Shown piece by piece: positions 28,844 through 40,029 of a stretch of 58,147 bases of DNA. This DNA is from an uncultured Thermodesulfovibrio sp. (GTDB taxonomy: Bacteria > Nitrospirota > Thermodesulfovibrionia > Thermodesulfovibrionales > JdFR-85): positions 4,249 to 62,395 of the forward strand of contig CAZITN010000003.1 of the NCBI GenBank assembly GCA_964542175.1. Reading direction: 5' to 3'. A program made the translations under genes and the position numbers. Numbering within the stretch: the stretch's first letter is position 1; the number at the start of each line of letters is the position of its first letter. The notes under the pieces were generated by a model. The model was not told where the DNA came from. It searched no databases and saw nothing but the letters and a program-made list of their open reading frames with translations.

Positions 28844-30601
28844 TCAGGAGTGTCGTCTCAAGATCTCCCTGTTATAGACGGCGATGACATCACCGCGCCT
28901 GAGCATCCCGACTACCTTTCTGGGGTTCTCCCGGGAGACTACGGGTATTTCGTCGATATCCATGGTGGCGAAGTGTCTCATGGCAGTGGTCAGGTTATCA
29001 TCCGGGTAGAGGACGAGTACATCCTCTGTGCAGAGTTCCCCCACTGTGACCACTTCCTTTATGTAGTCTTCAAAAAGGACCTTCCTGACATCCTGGAGTG
29101 AGATTATCCCTACCATCTCACCCCTGGAATCCACCACCGGATAGTAGAACCCCCCGCCTCCCTCAATAACAAGCTCCATGAACTCCTTGAGGTTCACCCT
29201 GTCACGGACTGTTGTGAAGTGCCTTCTCATAACATCATTCACCTTTATGGCACTCAGGAGGGTTACCTCCTTGCCGGCATGGATATTTAATCCCTTTCTG
29301 GCAAGCTCGTAGGTGTCTATGGACTCTCTGAAGAGCCTGTGGGCTACAAAGGTGCCTGTGGTTGTGGCAAACATCATGGGAAGGATGATCTTGTAGTTGC
29401 CTGTCAGTTCAAAGAGCAGAAACATTCCTGTAAGGGGTGCATGGGTTACGGCGGCAAGGAATGCCCCCACACCGACCATTGAGTATGCACCGGGAGAAGA
29501 TATGTATCCTGGCAAGAGGCTGTGAAGGATAGTTCCTACCGCCCCGCCTGTCATGGCACCGATAAAGAGGGCGGGTGCAAAGACACCTCCGGCTCCACCC
29601 GAACCTAGAGTAAAGGATGTAGCCACGATCTTTGCAAAGATCAGGAGAATCATGACTGAAAATACCATATTCCCCCGGAAGGCCTGCTCTATATATTCAT
29701 AGCCGTCACCTAATATCTGGGGAAAGACTATCCCGATGGAACCTACGGTCAAGGCCCCGATGAGGGGCTTCAGGTAAGGGTTGATATTGATCCTGTCAAA
29801 CCAGTCCTTTACCCTGTAAAAAATCCGGATGTAAATAACCGCCACGGGACCTATCACCGCTCCGAGGAGGAGATAGAAGGGGGTTTCAAAGAGATTGACT
29901 ATATCATACTGCGGGACAATAAATGCGGGATTGGAACCGTAATATATCCTCGAGACTACTGTTGCCATGCCTGAGGCTACAACTATCGCACCAAAGGAAG
30001 TAAGTTCGAAATTTCCGAGAAGGACGATCTCCGATGCAAACATCACCCCGGCAATGGGCGCATTGAAAGTGGCGGCTATACCGCCTGCAGCTCCGGCGGC
30101 TATAAGGAGCTTCATCCGGTTCCCGGAGACGTTGAAGAACTGCCCGATAAGGGAGCCGATCCCGCCTCCGATCTGGGCGATGGGGCCCTCGACACCGGCA
30201 GAACCGCCTGAACCGATCGTGATGGAAGGGGCGATGATCTTGAGAAGGATCGTTCTCAGGCGGATGATCCCATCCCTGATATTCACCTTCTCAAGAAATG
30301 AAGGAAAGCCGTAACCGTAAACTTCGCCTGGAAATCTGTAGGCGAGAGGGATAAGCAGGATCGCACCGGTAAGAGGAAGCAGGGGGGTGAGGAGCCGGAA
30401 GGGGAGGCCCTCATTGATTTTAAGGACTGTACCGCCCGATTCAAGGAAGAGTTCCTTGCAGAGCTCGAGGGTTGTCCTGAAGAGCATGTTGGCGCCGCCG
30501 CTCAGGGCACCAATAATGACGGCAAGTGCTATAAGCGACGTATGTTTCCCCAGATGGATAGAGGGAAGCTTTACCTTGAAATTTCTGATAGTTCCTGACA
30601 T
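28844..30601 (-). CDS. ClC-family voltage-gated chloride channel/antiporter with C-terminal CBS pair
   Basis: GSGGSAGVEGP selectivity motif, more than 10 TM helices and two CBS domains at the C-terminus. Confidence 0.92.
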   Translation of the reverse strand: MSGTIRNFKVKLPSIHLGKHTSLIALAVIIGALSGGANMLFRTTLELCKELFLESGGTVLKINEGLPFRLLTPLLPLTGAILLIPLAYRFPGEVYGYGFPSFLEKVNIRDGIIRLRTILLKIIAPSITIGSGGSAGVEGPIAQIGGGIGSLIGQFFNVSGNRMKLLIAAGAAGGIAATFNAPIAGVMFASEIVLLGNFELTSFGAIVVASGMATVVSRIYYGSNPAFIVPQYDIVNLFETPFYLLLGAVIGPVAVIYIRIFYRVKDWFDRININPYLKPLIGALTVGSIGIVFPQILGDGYEYIEQAFRGNMVFSVMILLIFAKIVATSFTLGSGGAGGVFAPALFIGAMTGGAVGTILHSLLPGYISSPGAYSMVGVGAFLAAVTHAPLTGMFLLFELTGNYKIILPMMFATTTGTFVAHRLFRESIDTYELARKGLNIHAGKEVTLLSAIKVNDVMRRHFTTVRDRVNLKEFMELVIEGGGGFYYPVVDSRGEMVGIISLQDVRKVLFEDYIKEVVTVGELCTEDVLVLYPDDNLTTAMRHFATMDIDEIPVVSRENPRKVVGMLRRGDVIAVYNREILRRHS

Positions 30602-30602
30602 G

Positions 30603-31193
30603 CTATTTTATATGTTCATTCAAAAAATGCCGGAGTTTTTTCAGGGCCATTGCCCGATGGCTGATCCTGTTCTTTATCTCTTCTCCAAGCACCCCGAAAC
30701 TGTGCTCATAACCCTCAGGGACAAAGAGGGGGTCGTAACCGAATCCTGATTCTCCTTCAGGCTTTTCAAGGATCCTTCCTCTGACCTCACCCTCGAAAAA
30801 GAGCGGCTTTCCGTCCAGGATCAGACAGAGGACGGATACAAAACGGGCTCTCCTTTTCTCAGGAGGCAGGCCTTTCAGGGCCTGGAGGAGCTTCCTGTTG
30901 TTCTCACTGTCCATAGCATTCTCTCCTGCATATCTGGCTGAGTATATTCCAGGCGCACCCTGAAGGGCCTCGACTTCAAGGCCGGAGTCCTCTGCAAGTG
31001 CAGGGATCGAAGCGATACTATAATAGGTCATTGCCTTCTTGAGTGCATTATCATGAAAGGTTTTTCCGTCCTCGATGACCTCAGGTACCTCTTCAAATGT
31101 GTCAAGTCCCACAAACTCCACGGGAAGATCACTGAAGATTCTGTTGATCTCAGATATCTTTCCTCTGTTCTTAGTTGCGAGCAGTATTTTCAT
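30603..31193 (-). CDS. rdgB: dITP/XTP pyrophosphatase (non-canonical purine NTP pyrophosphatase)
   Basis: 196 aa. Motifs [18 protein letters not shown] and FGYDPLF. Confidence 0.93.
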   Translation of the reverse strand: MKILLATKNRGKISEINRIFSDLPVEFVGLDTFEEVPEVIEDGKTFHDNALKKAMTYYSIASIPALAEDSGLEVEALQGAPGIYSARYAGENAMDSENNRKLLQALKGLPPEKRRARFVSVLCLILDGKPLFFEGEVRGRILEKPEGESGFGYDPLFVPEGYEHSFGVLGEEIKNRISHRAMALKKLRHFLNEHIK

Positions 31194-31905
31194 CGAGCAC
31201 TTCCTTCTGGAGTCTTATGAGTTCCCTGATCCCCTTTTCTCCGAGGTCAACGAGAAGGTCAAGACTCTCCCTTGAGAAGGGGACTCCTTCGGCTGTACCC
31301 TGAAGCTCTACAAAGTTTCCCTTGCCGGTCATGACGATGTTCATATCCACGTCAGCCCTGAAGTCTTCGTCATAGCAGAGGTCAAGCATCGGTTCCCCAT
31401 CAACCATCCCCACGCTGATTGCGGCAAGAAAATCATTGACAGGATCACGCTGGATTATTCCGTTCCTGATCCCGAACCGGATTGCATCCACCAGGGCTAT
31501 GTAGGCTCCTGTAATGGATGCGGTCCTCGTTCCGCCGTCTGCCTGGATAACGTCACAATCAAGCCAGATGGTCCTTTCACCAAGCAGCTCGAGGTCAACA
31601 ACACTGCGAAGGCTCCTTCCTATCAGTCTCTGGATCTCCTGGGTTCTGCCACCGATCCTGCCGGAGGACGATTCCCTGATCATCCGTGTATTTGTCGACC
31701 GTGGGAGCATCCCGTATTCCGCTGTTATCCATCCTGTGGCCTTGTCCTTAAGAAAGGATGGGACACGTTCCTCAATCGAGGCTGTGCATATTACCCTGGT
31801 GTTACCCATCTCAATAAGCACCGAACCTTCAGCGGGTGGGATAAAATTCCTGGTGATCTTGACCCGGCGTATCTCGTCGTTACTTCTTCCGTCCTTTCTC
31901 ATCAA
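31171..31905 (-). CDS. rph: ribonuclease PH
   Basis: 244 aa. Motifs [15 protein letters not shown] and [18 protein letters not shown]. Confidence 0.95.
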   Translation of the reverse strand: MMRKDGRSNDEIRRVKITRNFIPPAEGSVLIEMGNTRVICTASIEERVPSFLKDKATGWITAEYGMLPRSTNTRMIRESSSGRIGGRTQEIQRLIGRSLRSVVDLELLGERTIWLDCDVIQADGGTRTASITGAYIALVDAIRFGIRNGIIQRDPVNDFLAAISVGMVDGEPMLDLCYDEDFRADVDMNIVMTGKGNFVELQGTAEGVPFSRESLDLLVDLGEKGIRELIRLQKEVLDENTARN

Positions 31906-32747
31906 CTACCCCCTTTTGTTAAGTATGTCTCTTCTTCCGGTAAAAAAACCTTTTCTATATTGCTGATTTTCCTGCCGAGAAAATTCTCACCGATTCTCCG
32001 GAATCTTTCAGGCGAATCGGTTACATAGAACCTGTTCTCGGCACTCCCCTCTTCGGGGCACAAGAGTCCTTCATTCTTAAGGGTTTCAGTCACAACTCTG
32101 GCTGTCTCCACTGCCGAATCTATCAGTGATATGTCCTCACCCAGGAATTTTCTGATGGCCTGTTTCAGCAGGGGATAATGGGTGCAACCCAGGACAAGGG
32201 TATCCACATTCTTCTGCTTCAATTCCCTGAGATAGCGCTCTACTATCAGATCAGTAATCGGACCTTCCAGGAGCCCTTCTTCCACAATGGGGACAAACAG
32301 AGGACAGGGGAGACCGAAGACATCAGCGAGGGGATGAAGATCAAGGATGGACTTCTGATAGGCACCGCTCCTGATGGTAGCCTCTGTCCCGATTATCCCG
32401 ATCCTTCCGGATATGGTTGAGTTCACAGCAGCCTGAACGCCTGGGAGCAGTACGCCTATTACCTTTACAGGACTGAGGGATTCGAGCCTCTCAAGCCCAA
32501 TAGCTGATACGGTATTACAGGCCACAACAAGGATTTTAACCCCCTTTTCAAGCAGGAAGAGGGCACTTTCCGTTGCATAACGGACGACGGTTTCCGGAGA
32601 TCTTATGCCATAGGGGACTCGGGCGGTATCACCAAGGTAGAGTATGCTCTCGCCGGGGAGTGTGTTCATTATTTCCCTCGCAACAGTCAGCCCCCCGATT
32701 CCTGAGTCGAATATCCCGATAGGTCTGTCCCTACAGTCTTCTTTCAA
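31902..32747 (-). CDS. murI: glutamate racemase
   Basis: Motifs [21 protein letters not shown] and LGCTHYP. Confidence 0.95.
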   Translation of the reverse strand: MKEDCRDRPIGIFDSGIGGLTVAREIMNTLPGESILYLGDTARVPYGIRSPETVVRYATESALFLLEKGVKILVVACNTVSAIGLERLESLSPVKVIGVLLPGVQAAVNSTISGRIGIIGTEATIRSGAYQKSILDLHPLADVFGLPCPLFVPIVEEGLLEGPITDLIVERYLRELKQKNVDTLVLGCTHYPLLKQAIRKFLGEDISLIDSAVETARVVTETLKNEGLLCPEEGSAENRFYVTDSPERFRRIGENFLGRKISNIEKVFLPEEETYLTKGGS

Positions 32748-32760
32748 TGTTCTTGTCTCC

Positions 32761-33318
32761 TTACTGGGTCAGGATTGTTTTAAGAGGGCGGTTGAGAAAG
32801 AAATGGCCGCCAAGGGTTTCCTGCTGTCTGCCGTCTATGAGAATAACAACATCGCTGATATCCTCCACATTTCCCATGATGGTGTCAAGGATGGTTTTCA
32901 GCAGCATGTACTCGTCAATGACATCACCCCGGAAATTCTTCTTGAAGGCCTTGCTGAAGTCTATATAGACAATATTGTCCCTCGAGATATAAATATTGTT
33001 TACACTTGCACCTTCCGGGATCACGCCTGTATCCAGTTGTCTTGATATCTTCAGGTAGGTAGTTATGAGAAGGTCGGCCATTTCAAGCCTTGTGAGGTCT
33101 GAACTTACCTTTTTCTCAAATATTTCGGTCCCTTCCCCCACCGGGTAGAAGATCTTGAGGTTGGTGTAGTTCCTGAGGATTGCATCACTGAGGGGTTCGT
33201 TTATCTTCTCCGGCTCAGGGGTCTGATAAAAGGATACATAAATGTAGAAAACCCCTCCCGCCGCTGAAATGAGGAAAAGAAAGAAGAGTACTATCAAGAG
33301 GAAACTACTCTTTTTCAT
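32761..33318 (-). CDS. GerMN-domain lipoprotein-like protein
   Basis: 185 aa. N-terminal TM/signal and a GerM-like domain (DNIVYIDFSKAF...LLKTILDT). Typical partner downstream of an amidase. Confidence 0.68.
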   Translation of the reverse strand: MKKSSFLLIVLFFLFLISAAGGVFYIYVSFYQTPEPEKINEPLSDAILRNYTNLKIFYPVGEGTEIFEKKVSSDLTRLEMADLLITTYLKISRQLDTGVIPEGASVNNIYISRDNIVYIDFSKAFKKNFRGDVIDEYMLLKTILDTIMGNVEDISDVVILIDGRQQETLGGHFFLNRPLKTILTQ

Positions 33319-34330
33319 AATCGATTATTCCCTCCCATATGGCATTTACTATCTCATTTACAGACTTTCTGGTATAACTGAAAAGATCAGGGGTAGGCAG
33401 TTCAATCAGTATTGCCTTGCAGGCACAGTATGTGAGGAGCGGGAGGGGGTACTCCCTGTATGTTACAACTATATTAAGGTTCTTTCCGAGTGAAGAGCCT
33501 ATGGCAGAACTGATCTTTCTGCTTTCATCGATATAGGGATCCTGTGAATGCCTGGCAAGATATCCTGCCTCAACTGACTGGGGACCCGGGGAGCCGGTAT
33601 GGATAATTACATGATTTGATGATGTTACATGGAGGGAGATGAAGATATCAGGCTTCTTCTTTCTCTGGATCCTGATGCGTCTCCTCAGAGAGACCTTCCT
33701 GTCATTGCTTCTGGTGAGATAGGCCTTAATGCCGGAGCGTGAAAGCTTCCTTCTGAGTACCCTTGCTATCCTGAGAGTAAGGTTCTTTTCATTAAAAGTG
33801 GGGGAGTATAACCCAAGATCTGACCCGCCATGCCCAGGATCTATAAGGATCCTCCCGGGTTTTTTCTGCTGAATTACTTCAGGAAGAGAAGGCTTAGGGG
33901 CAGGTACAGGTGGGGCCGGAGCTGAAGGTTCCTTCTTCCTCAGTGCAATGTCTATAACCAGCCTTGGTGGGTCAGCAAGCCTTAGTACCTTTATATTTTC
34001 CAGGTCTTTCACGTTGAGGAAGATATCATTATCCTTTTTGTTGAATTCAAAACCTTCCACCCTTGCAGGGGCAGTGAAGGAGAAGTCTTCAGGGAATTCA
34101 ACCTTTATGAGGGTATAGGATGATGAGATGTCGGCCTTTCTTATGAAACGGTTGCTGGAGGCTTCAAGCACTATCCTGATGGTTGTCTCCTTGATATCAT
34201 AACGGAGCCTGACTTCCTCGGCTGAGTATGCGGGACCGCCTGCAGCAAGAAAGACCATGGAAATGACGGCCAGCATTAACCATAACAGGGTTGATTTTTC
34301 TTGTAATTTTTTGTCTTTCATATATCGCAC
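33305..34330 (-). CDS. N-acetylmuramoyl-L-alanine amidase with N-terminal AMIN domain (AmiC-like)
   Basis: Signal peptide, an AMIN-like beta domain, a Pro-rich linker and the amidase_3 motif IDPGHGGSD. Confidence 0.87.
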   Translation of the reverse strand: MRYMKDKKLQEKSTLLWLMLAVISMVFLAAGGPAYSAEEVRLRYDIKETTIRIVLEASSNRFIRKADISSSYTLIKVEFPEDFSFTAPARVEGFEFNKKDNDIFLNVKDLENIKVLRLADPPRLVIDIALRKKEPSAPAPPVPAPKPSLPEVIQQKKPGRILIDPGHGGSDLGLYSPTFNEKNLTLRIARVLRRKLSRSGIKAYLTRSNDRKVSLRRRIRIQRKKKPDIFISLHVTSSNHVIIHTGSPGPQSVEAGYLARHSQDPYIDESRKISSAIGSSLGKNLNIVVTYREYPLPLLTYCACKAILIELPTPDLFSYTRKSVNEIVNAIWEGIIDYEKE

Positions 34331-34641
34331 TAAATGCTTTGACCTCGGTCAGACCGGTCTGCAGAGCTTAAAGGCATAACATCAATTTTATCATAAGCCG
34401 GTGAAAGTTTGTAATTATCTTGAAGAACCGGACAAAAGCCGCTGCTGTTACAGATGTGCAGGGATAATGCCCTTCCGCTCCCCGTGGGTTCTATAGTATA
34501 ATAATCAAAATTTTTCCGAATAAGGGGGTGCATGACGGGGAAGAACTTGGAAAATATCTTCCCGGTCTGTTAAAATCTATCCCGGTTGTTCAAATAACCC
34601 GTAAATTAAGTTTTCTGGGATTCAGTAGACAGGAGCAGGCA

Positions 34642-35376
34642 ATGAAGGACCGAGTTGCTATAGTTACAGGTGGAGGAAGAGGCATCGGGAGGGCCATAGC
34701 ACTTGCGATGGCCTCAAGAGGCGCAAACATTGCAGTAGCAGATCTTAATGCTGCTGATGCCGAGGCGGTTTCAAAGGAAGTGGAGAGCCTCGGGATCCGT
34801 TCAATTCCCGTTGTGGTTGATGTCTCCAGGGAGGAGAGTGTGAAGGAACTCTTTGGAAGGGTGAAGGAAGAGTTCGGCGGTGTAGATATCCTTGTCAACA
34901 ATGCGGGTATAACAAGGGATGCCCTTGTTCTAAGGATGAAAGAGGAAGACTGGGACAGCGTGATCAATATCAACCTCAAAAGCGTATTCCTCTGCTCTAA
35001 AGAGGCCGTAAAGATAATGGCGAAAAAGAGGTACGGGAGGATAGTGAACATAGCCTCGGTAGTCGCCTTTATGGGCAATCCCGGCCAGGCCAACTACTCC
35101 GCATCCAAGGCAGGGATTGTAGGACTGACAAAGACCGTTGCGAGGGAGTATGCCTCACGGGGGATTACATCCAATGCCGTTGCCCCCGGTTTCATCCAGA
35201 CTGCCATGACCGACGCCCTTTCTGAGGACGTAAAAGAACAGATGCTCGGCAGTATTCCCCTGGGGAGGTTCGGCTCAGTGGATGATGTTGCCAATGCCGT
35301 GATCTTTCTCGCATCTGAGGCAAGCGGTTATATAACGGGACATGTGATTCACGTAAACGGCGGGATGTTCATGTAG
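34642..35376 (+). CDS. fabG: 3-oxoacyl-ACP reductase
   Basis: Motifs TGGGRGIGRA, NNAGI and YSASKAG. Start at ATG 34642 (MKDRVAIVTGG) with AGGAG 7 nt upstream. Confidence 0.94.
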   Translation: MKDRVAIVTGGGRGIGRAIALAMASRGANIAVADLNAADAEAVSKEVESLGIRSIPVVVDVSREESVKELFGRVKEEFGGVDILVNNAGITRDALVLRMKEEDWDSVININLKSVFLCSKEAVKIMAKKRYGRIVNIASVVAFMGNPGQANYSASKAGIVGLTKTVAREYASRGITSNAVAPGFIQTAMTDALSEDVKEQMLGSIPLGRFGSVDDVANAVIFLASEASGYITGHVIHVNGGMFM

Positions 35377-35530
35377 GATCATGGAAGGGGCAGGACAGAT
35401 TGCCTGACCCCTGCCGGAGACATCAGCCACCGGACCTGTGATATTGAGTTCAAGGTGCTTTGCACCGGTAAGAGAACGAACCGGAATTATATGGCGGTTC
35501 TGATATTAGAGGACAATGGAGGTATCTGGA

Positions 35531-35764
35531 ATGGTAGAAGAAAAAGTAAAAGAACTTATCTCAAAGCAGCTTGGCGTGGATCCATCAAAGGTGGTTCCTG
35601 AGGCATCATTTGTTGAGGACCTTGGTGCGGATTCCCTTGATACTGTTGAACTTGTCATGGCCTTTGAGGAGACCTTCGGGGTCGAAATACCTGATGAGGA
35701 TGCCGAGAAGATCGCAAAAGTCCAGGATGCCATAGATTACATCAAGAAGAAGTCTGGCAATTAA
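35531..35764 (+). CDS. acpP: acyl carrier protein
   Basis: [17 protein letters not shown] phosphopantetheine site. About 77 aa from MVEEKVKEL. Confidence 0.95.
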   Translation: MVEEKVKELISKQLGVDPSKVVPEASFVEDLGADSLDTVELVMAFEETFGVEIPDEDAEKIAKVQDAIDYIKKKSGN

Positions 35765-35790
35765 AAGATTTAATGTAACACTTTATGAAA

Positions 35791-35832
35791 AGAGGGTAAC
35801 ATGCTGATTTATTAGCATTATCCCTCTTTTTT
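35791..35832 (+). terminator. hairpin plus T-tract after acpP (partial terminator)
   Basis: AGAGGGTAA...TTATCCCTCT with an inner ATGCT/AGCAT stem, followed by TTTTTT. Located before the fabF RBS. Confidence 0.55.
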
Positions 35833-35848
35833 AAAGAGGTTTTTTTCC

Positions 35849-37108
35849 ATGAAGGGTAAAGAGAACAGGAGAAGGGTAGTCATAACGGGGCTCGGGCTTC
35901 TTACCCCCCTTGGGACAGGTGTCCGGAAATCCTGGATGGCTATCCTTGAGGGACGGTCAGGAATAGGCAGGATCACCGCATTTGATGCGACCGATTTTCC
36001 TGTAAAGATTGCCGGAGAAGTCAATGACTTCAACCCTGAGGATTACATTGAGGAGAAAGAGGTCCGGAAGATGGACAGGTTCATCCATCTTGCAATTGCA
36101 GCCTCCCAGATGGCCTATGATGATTCCGCTCTTGAGATTACAGAGGAAAATGCTGAAAGGGTGGGAGTCATAATCGGCTCTGGTATCGGTGGAATGATCA
36201 CAATCGAGAAATACCACGAGATTCTCCTTGACAAGGGCTACAGGAGGGTTACTCCTTTCTTTATTCCCATGCTCATTATCAACCTTGCCGCTGGCAGGGT
36301 TTCAATGAGATTCGGTGCAAAAGGACCGAACTCGGCAGTCTGTACCGCCTGTGCTACGGGCACGCATTCCATTGGAGATGCCTTCAGGGTTATTCAGAGG
36401 GGGGAAGCCGATGTCATGTTCGCAGGAGGGACAGAGGCGGTTGTGAGTCCCCTTGCTGTGGCAGGCTTTGCCGTAATGAAGGCTCTGTCAAGGAGAAACG
36501 ATGAGCCGCAAAAGGCAAGCCGTCCCTTTGATGCCGACAGGGACGGTTTCGTGATTGCAGAGGGTGCAGGTATAGTCATTCTTGAGGAACTTGAACATGC
36601 CAAAAAGAGGGGTGCGAGGATCTATGCCGAGGTGGTAGGGTATGGGATGACAGGGGATGCCTACCATATAACCGCACCGTCACCTGATGGTGATGGTCCG
36701 GCACGGTGCATGAAGCTGACCCTTGAAGATGCAGGTGTAAGCCCGGAAGATGTGGATTACATTAATGCCCATGGAACTTCCACCAAGTTCAACGATGAAC
36801 TGGAGACAAAGGCGATTAAGAGGGTTTTCGGGGATCATGCCTACAAACTGGCAGTAAGTTCAACGAAATCAATGACAGGACACCAGCTGGGTGCTGCCGG
36901 TGGCGTGGAGGCTGTATTCTCTGCTCTCAGCATCTATGAGGGGATAGTTCCCCCTACCATAAACCTGGACAACCCCGATCCTGAGTGTGATCTGGATTTT
37001 GTCCCTCATAAGGCAAGGAAGATGAACGTGGAATATGCCCTTTCCAACTCCTTCGGTTTCGGTGGAACTAATGCATGCCTCCTATTCAAGAAACATATCC
37101 CTGATTGA
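35849..37108 (+). CDS. fabF: 3-oxoacyl-ACP synthase II
   Basis: 419 aa. Active-site CTACATG, with HGTST and GHQLGAAG motifs. Confidence 0.96.
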   Translation: MKGKENRRRVVITGLGLLTPLGTGVRKSWMAILEGRSGIGRITAFDATDFPVKIAGEVNDFNPEDYIEEKEVRKMDRFIHLAIAASQMAYDDSALEITEENAERVGVIIGSGIGGMITIEKYHEILLDKGYRRVTPFFIPMLIINLAAGRVSMRFGAKGPNSAVCTACATGTHSIGDAFRVIQRGEADVMFAGGTEAVVSPLAVAGFAVMKALSRRNDEPQKASRPFDADRDGFVIAEGAGIVILEELEHAKKRGARIYAEVVGYGMTGDAYHITAPSPDGDGPARCMKLTLEDAGVSPEDVDYINAHGTSTKFNDELETKAIKRVFGDHAYKLAVSSTKSMTGHQLGAAGGVEAVFSALSIYEGIVPPTINLDNPDPECDLDFVPHKARKMNVEYALSNSFGFGGTNACLLFKKHIPD

Positions 37109-37799
37109 ACAGGCCCTCGGCTATTCCTTCCATGACAGGAGTCTTCTTCTTGAGGCCCTGACACACAGTTCCTATGCCAATGAACACCCTGAGGAGGGGT
37201 GTGCCCACAACGAGAGGCTCGAATTCCTGGGGGATGCAGTCCTGGGACTTGTGGTCGTTGAGGAGTTGTTCAGGCAGGAGCCGCCCTTTGCCGAGTCAGA
37301 GATGGCGAAGATGAAGTCCTATCTTGTCTCGAGGACCGTGCTTTCGGATATTGCCAGGAAGATAATGATAGGGGAGGCCGTAAGGCTTGGAAAGGGGGAA
37401 GAGGCATCAGGCGGCAGAGAGAAGGACAATATCCTGGCCGATGCGCTGGAGGCGGTCTTTGGTGCAGTATTCCTCGACGGAGGTTTCATCCAGGCCCGTC
37501 AGGTGGTGCTCGGACTCCTGGGTGGTTGTGTCGAAGAAATGCTTCGGACCGGGAAATCCCATGACTATAAGACAGACCTGCAGGAAAAGACCCAGTCCCT
37601 TTTCGGTAGTCTTCCGGAGTACAGACTGGTCCTTGAGGAGGGGGAGGAACATGACAAGAGGTTTACTGTGGAGGTATATGTAGAGGGCAGGATGATGGGC
37701 AGGGGCAGGGGCAGGAGCAAGAAAGAGGCCCAGATGAACGCCGCCGCCGAGGCGCTTGGGCATCTTCTGGATTCAGGAGGTGAGGGAACTGATGCTTGA
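37071..37799 (+). CDS. rnc: ribonuclease III
   Basis: [11 protein letters not shown] signature and a C-terminal dsRBD ([18 protein letters not shown]). The start is uncertain and overlaps the fabF end. Confidence 0.92.
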   Translation: MHASYSRNISLIEQALGYSFHDRSLLLEALTHSSYANEHPEEGCAHNERLEFLGDAVLGLVVVEELFRQEPPFAESEMAKMKSYLVSRTVLSDIARKIMIGEAVRLGKGEEASGGREKDNILADALEAVFGAVFLDGGFIQARQVVLGLLGGCVEEMLRTGKSHDYKTDLQEKTQSLFGSLPEYRLVLEEGEEHDKRFTVEVYVEGRMMGRGRGRSKKEAQMNAAAEALGHLLDSGGEGTDA

Positions 37800-37874
37800 T
37801 CATTATGCTTTTTTCAAGGTCGTTGTTATTTGATCGGGAGCAGGATTATGCAGGCGTCTGGGTCCGGTACAGGT

Positions 37875-39713
37875 TCAATGTCTCTGTCTGATGCTCTGAA
37901 GGAATTCCATCGTCTTTGTTTTTATCTCTGAGATGTTATCGATGGGTGGTGCACAGATGGTAAGGGCACAGAGATAGACGCCTTCCTTCGCCGGTACCCC
38001 CTCTTTCTGCATAGTTTCCCCGTCTTTTACAGGATTGAATATCCTGATGGTCTTTCCAGGAAGAAATTGAGAATTAAGGATGTTCAGAACCATTAACGAA
38101 TCTTTCGCCGAAGACATAACTATTTTTATTTCTATATCGAAATTGAGGATTTGCAATAGCGCCTGTCCATAAGTTCCTGAATAAATCTCGAAACTCTTAT
38201 AAAAGGGACGGAGGTATTCAGCCGTACGGGTAACGATCTCTGTAAGCTCCTCCGGTATGACGGGATCCAGTCTTGAGAGCACAAGTAATGCCGTGAAATT
38301 GTCTCTGATCCACCTGAAATTGTTCATCGCCCCGGCTCGGGCAGGACTTTTGATGCTTTTGCCAGCGTAGAGACGGAAATGCCCGTCTTGATAATAATTT
38401 TTGATAACGTAGGCCAGCAGACTGTCTGCGCTTTCAAGGTAATGATCCTTTCCTGTGTTGTTGTACATGTCAATGAGGGCATTGATTACAAGGATATTAT
38501 CTCTGAGCAGGCCCGGGAGATGGGGGCTGCCGTCCCAGTAGTGATAAATACCCCCCTCAACAGAATAGAGACGTTCCATAAGGGATTGAGTGGCTTCTTC
38601 AGCCCAGCGGAGATAATCAATATCTCCTGTGGCACTGTATGCTGCGGTGAGTGTGGAGATCATCTCTGCAGAGGAATCTGCGTATGATGTCATGTCAACT
38701 GGAGGAGGGGTGAGTCTGCTCCTCTCTGTACTTCGGTAGTAACGCTCATCGGCAGCCTGGGAGCCCTTAAACATCTTTTCCTTGCTGTCATAGAGATATT
38801 TTCTTATATAGGAGATGCTTGTTTCAGCAACCTTGAGGTATCTGGGTATGCTGAAAAGCATATAGGCATGCAGATAGTTTCTGATTATTCTGGCATTTAC
38901 AGAGAGTATCTTTTCAAAATGCGGTGCCGACCAGTCAGGCTTCGTTGAGTACCTGAAGAATCCTCCTTCCCGGCTGTCGAAGATTTTCCCTCCGGCCATC
39001 TCATCGAGAGTCTTTATTACTACATTCATTGCAGATTTCTGCTCTTTCCAGAAGTAATAAGTGAGGAGAAACTCGATCGCACTTGGGTTGGGGAATTTCT
39101 GTCCCAGACCGAAGCCTCCGTGCTCTTTGTCAAAGGAGTCAATGAGAATGGCATTTATCTCTTCAAGATCCCTTTTATCAGGTTTTCCATTGAGGATGGG
39201 GAAGTTGCTGCCGGGAGTATAGGATTTCAATTTTCTTTTCCGCGGGTTCCACCTCTGAGGATAGCGGTTAAGGTTGTATTTCAGCCATTGGAGCATTTCG
39301 TCGGGTCTGAAAAAAGTACCGCCGTCAATGATTTCACCTCCAGGGGTTAGCAGAACCGTTGAAGGCCATCCCCCCTGGTTGTAAATGTTATCGATATCCG
39401 GTCTCTGATCTGCATCAACTCTTACAGGAATCAGGTTTGTGTTAATAAAGGTGATCACCCTTTCATCGGAGTATGTCGTTTCATCCATTACATGACACCA
39501 GTGACACCAGACGGCACTGAGAGAAAGCAGTATTGGTTTTTTTGTTTTTTCCGCTCTCTGAAACACATTTTCATCCCAGTCATTCCACTTGATCTTGCCG
39601 ATTTTCTTCGCTTTTGGCGAAAACCTGAATCCGTAAACCGGCATGGCGGTATTCAGGCAGAAAAGAGTCAGTAAGGTCAGCACCAAGAGTTTTTCTGTCT
39701 TTCTGGTAACCAT
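37875..39713 (-). CDS. secreted thioredoxin-domain (DUF255/YyaL-like) protein with alpha/alpha-toroid C-terminal domain
   Basis: 612 aa. Signal/anchor at the N-terminus, a thioredoxin-fold motif AVWCHWCHVMD and a long helical C-terminal region. Divergent from the sox genes. Confidence 0.83.
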   Translation of the reverse strand: MVTRKTEKLLVLTLLTLFCLNTAMPVYGFRFSPKAKKIGKIKWNDWDENVFQRAEKTKKPILLSLSAVWCHWCHVMDETTYSDERVITFINTNLIPVRVDADQRPDIDNIYNQGGWPSTVLLTPGGEIIDGGTFFRPDEMLQWLKYNLNRYPQRWNPRKRKLKSYTPGSNFPILNGKPDKRDLEEINAILIDSFDKEHGGFGLGQKFPNPSAIEFLLTYYFWKEQKSAMNVVIKTLDEMAGGKIFDSREGGFFRYSTKPDWSAPHFEKILSVNARIIRNYLHAYMLFSIPRYLKVAETSISYIRKYLYDSKEKMFKGSQAADERYYRSTERSRLTPPPVDMTSYADSSAEMISTLTAAYSATGDIDYLRWAEEATQSLMERLYSVEGGIYHYWDGSPHLPGLLRDNILVINALIDMYNNTGKDHYLESADSLLAYVIKNYYQDGHFRLYAGKSIKSPARAGAMNNFRWIRDNFTALLVLSRLDPVIPEELTEIVTRTAEYLRPFYKSFEIYSGTYGQALLQILNFDIEIKIVMSSAKDSLMVLNILNSQFLPGKTIRIFNPVKDGETMQKEGVPAKEGVYLCALTICAPPIDNISEIKTKTMEFLQSIRQRH

Positions 39714-39897
39714 TTATCCTTTTCTTCCCGGTTGGTTTTCTGCCGCTGAAGCAGGACTTGTCACAGAGACGTTCTTAGTTTATCGTATCATTTCATTTAC
39801 CCTGTGATAAACGGTCCTGCCAAACAATCAGATAAGCAATTTGCATGCCCGAAAACATTGTATGCCTTTACTCCCGTGATCTGCCTGAAGGTGCTAT

Positions 39898-39946
39898 CTG
39901 AACAGAAAAGGACATCTTGCGATCAGGAACTGTTCAGAAATGAACA
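39898..39946. promoter_or_regulatory. candidate enhancer (UAS): TGAACAG palindrome plus a third half-site
   Basis: CTGAACAG (39898-905), 24 nt, CTGTTCAG (39930-37), then TGAACA (39941-46). The same heptamer is clustered at 49723-49761. Confidence 0.4.
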
Positions 39947-39999
39947 TTTTTACTCTTGCGATGGCAGTAAGGTGGGGCGTTCTAAAGCCACGGTGCTGC

Positions 40000-40015
40000 A
40001 GGCATGAATGTTGCT
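40000..40015 (+). promoter_or_regulatory. sigma54-type -24/-12 element upstream of the sox cluster
   Basis: AGGCATGAATGTTGCT has GG and GC at the consensus spacing of TGGCACG-N4-TTGCW and is nearly identical in form to 49951-49966. Caveat: it lies only about 15 nt before ATG 40030. Confidence 0.4.
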
Positions 40016-40029
40016 TGTCATACAGGCAA

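Noticed and set aside
35395-35425. GGGGCAGG...CCTGACCCC hairpin after fabG considered as a terminator
   Set aside because: There is no following U-tract. acpP needs transcription from upstream or from its own promoter, and the evidence is insufficient.
39940-40029. Upstream extension of the thioredoxin ORF (start at 39940)
   Set aside because: The extension is Cys/Arg-rich with no signal logic and overlaps the TGAACA repeats and the sigma54-like box. ATG 40030 yields a textbook Sec signal peptide.
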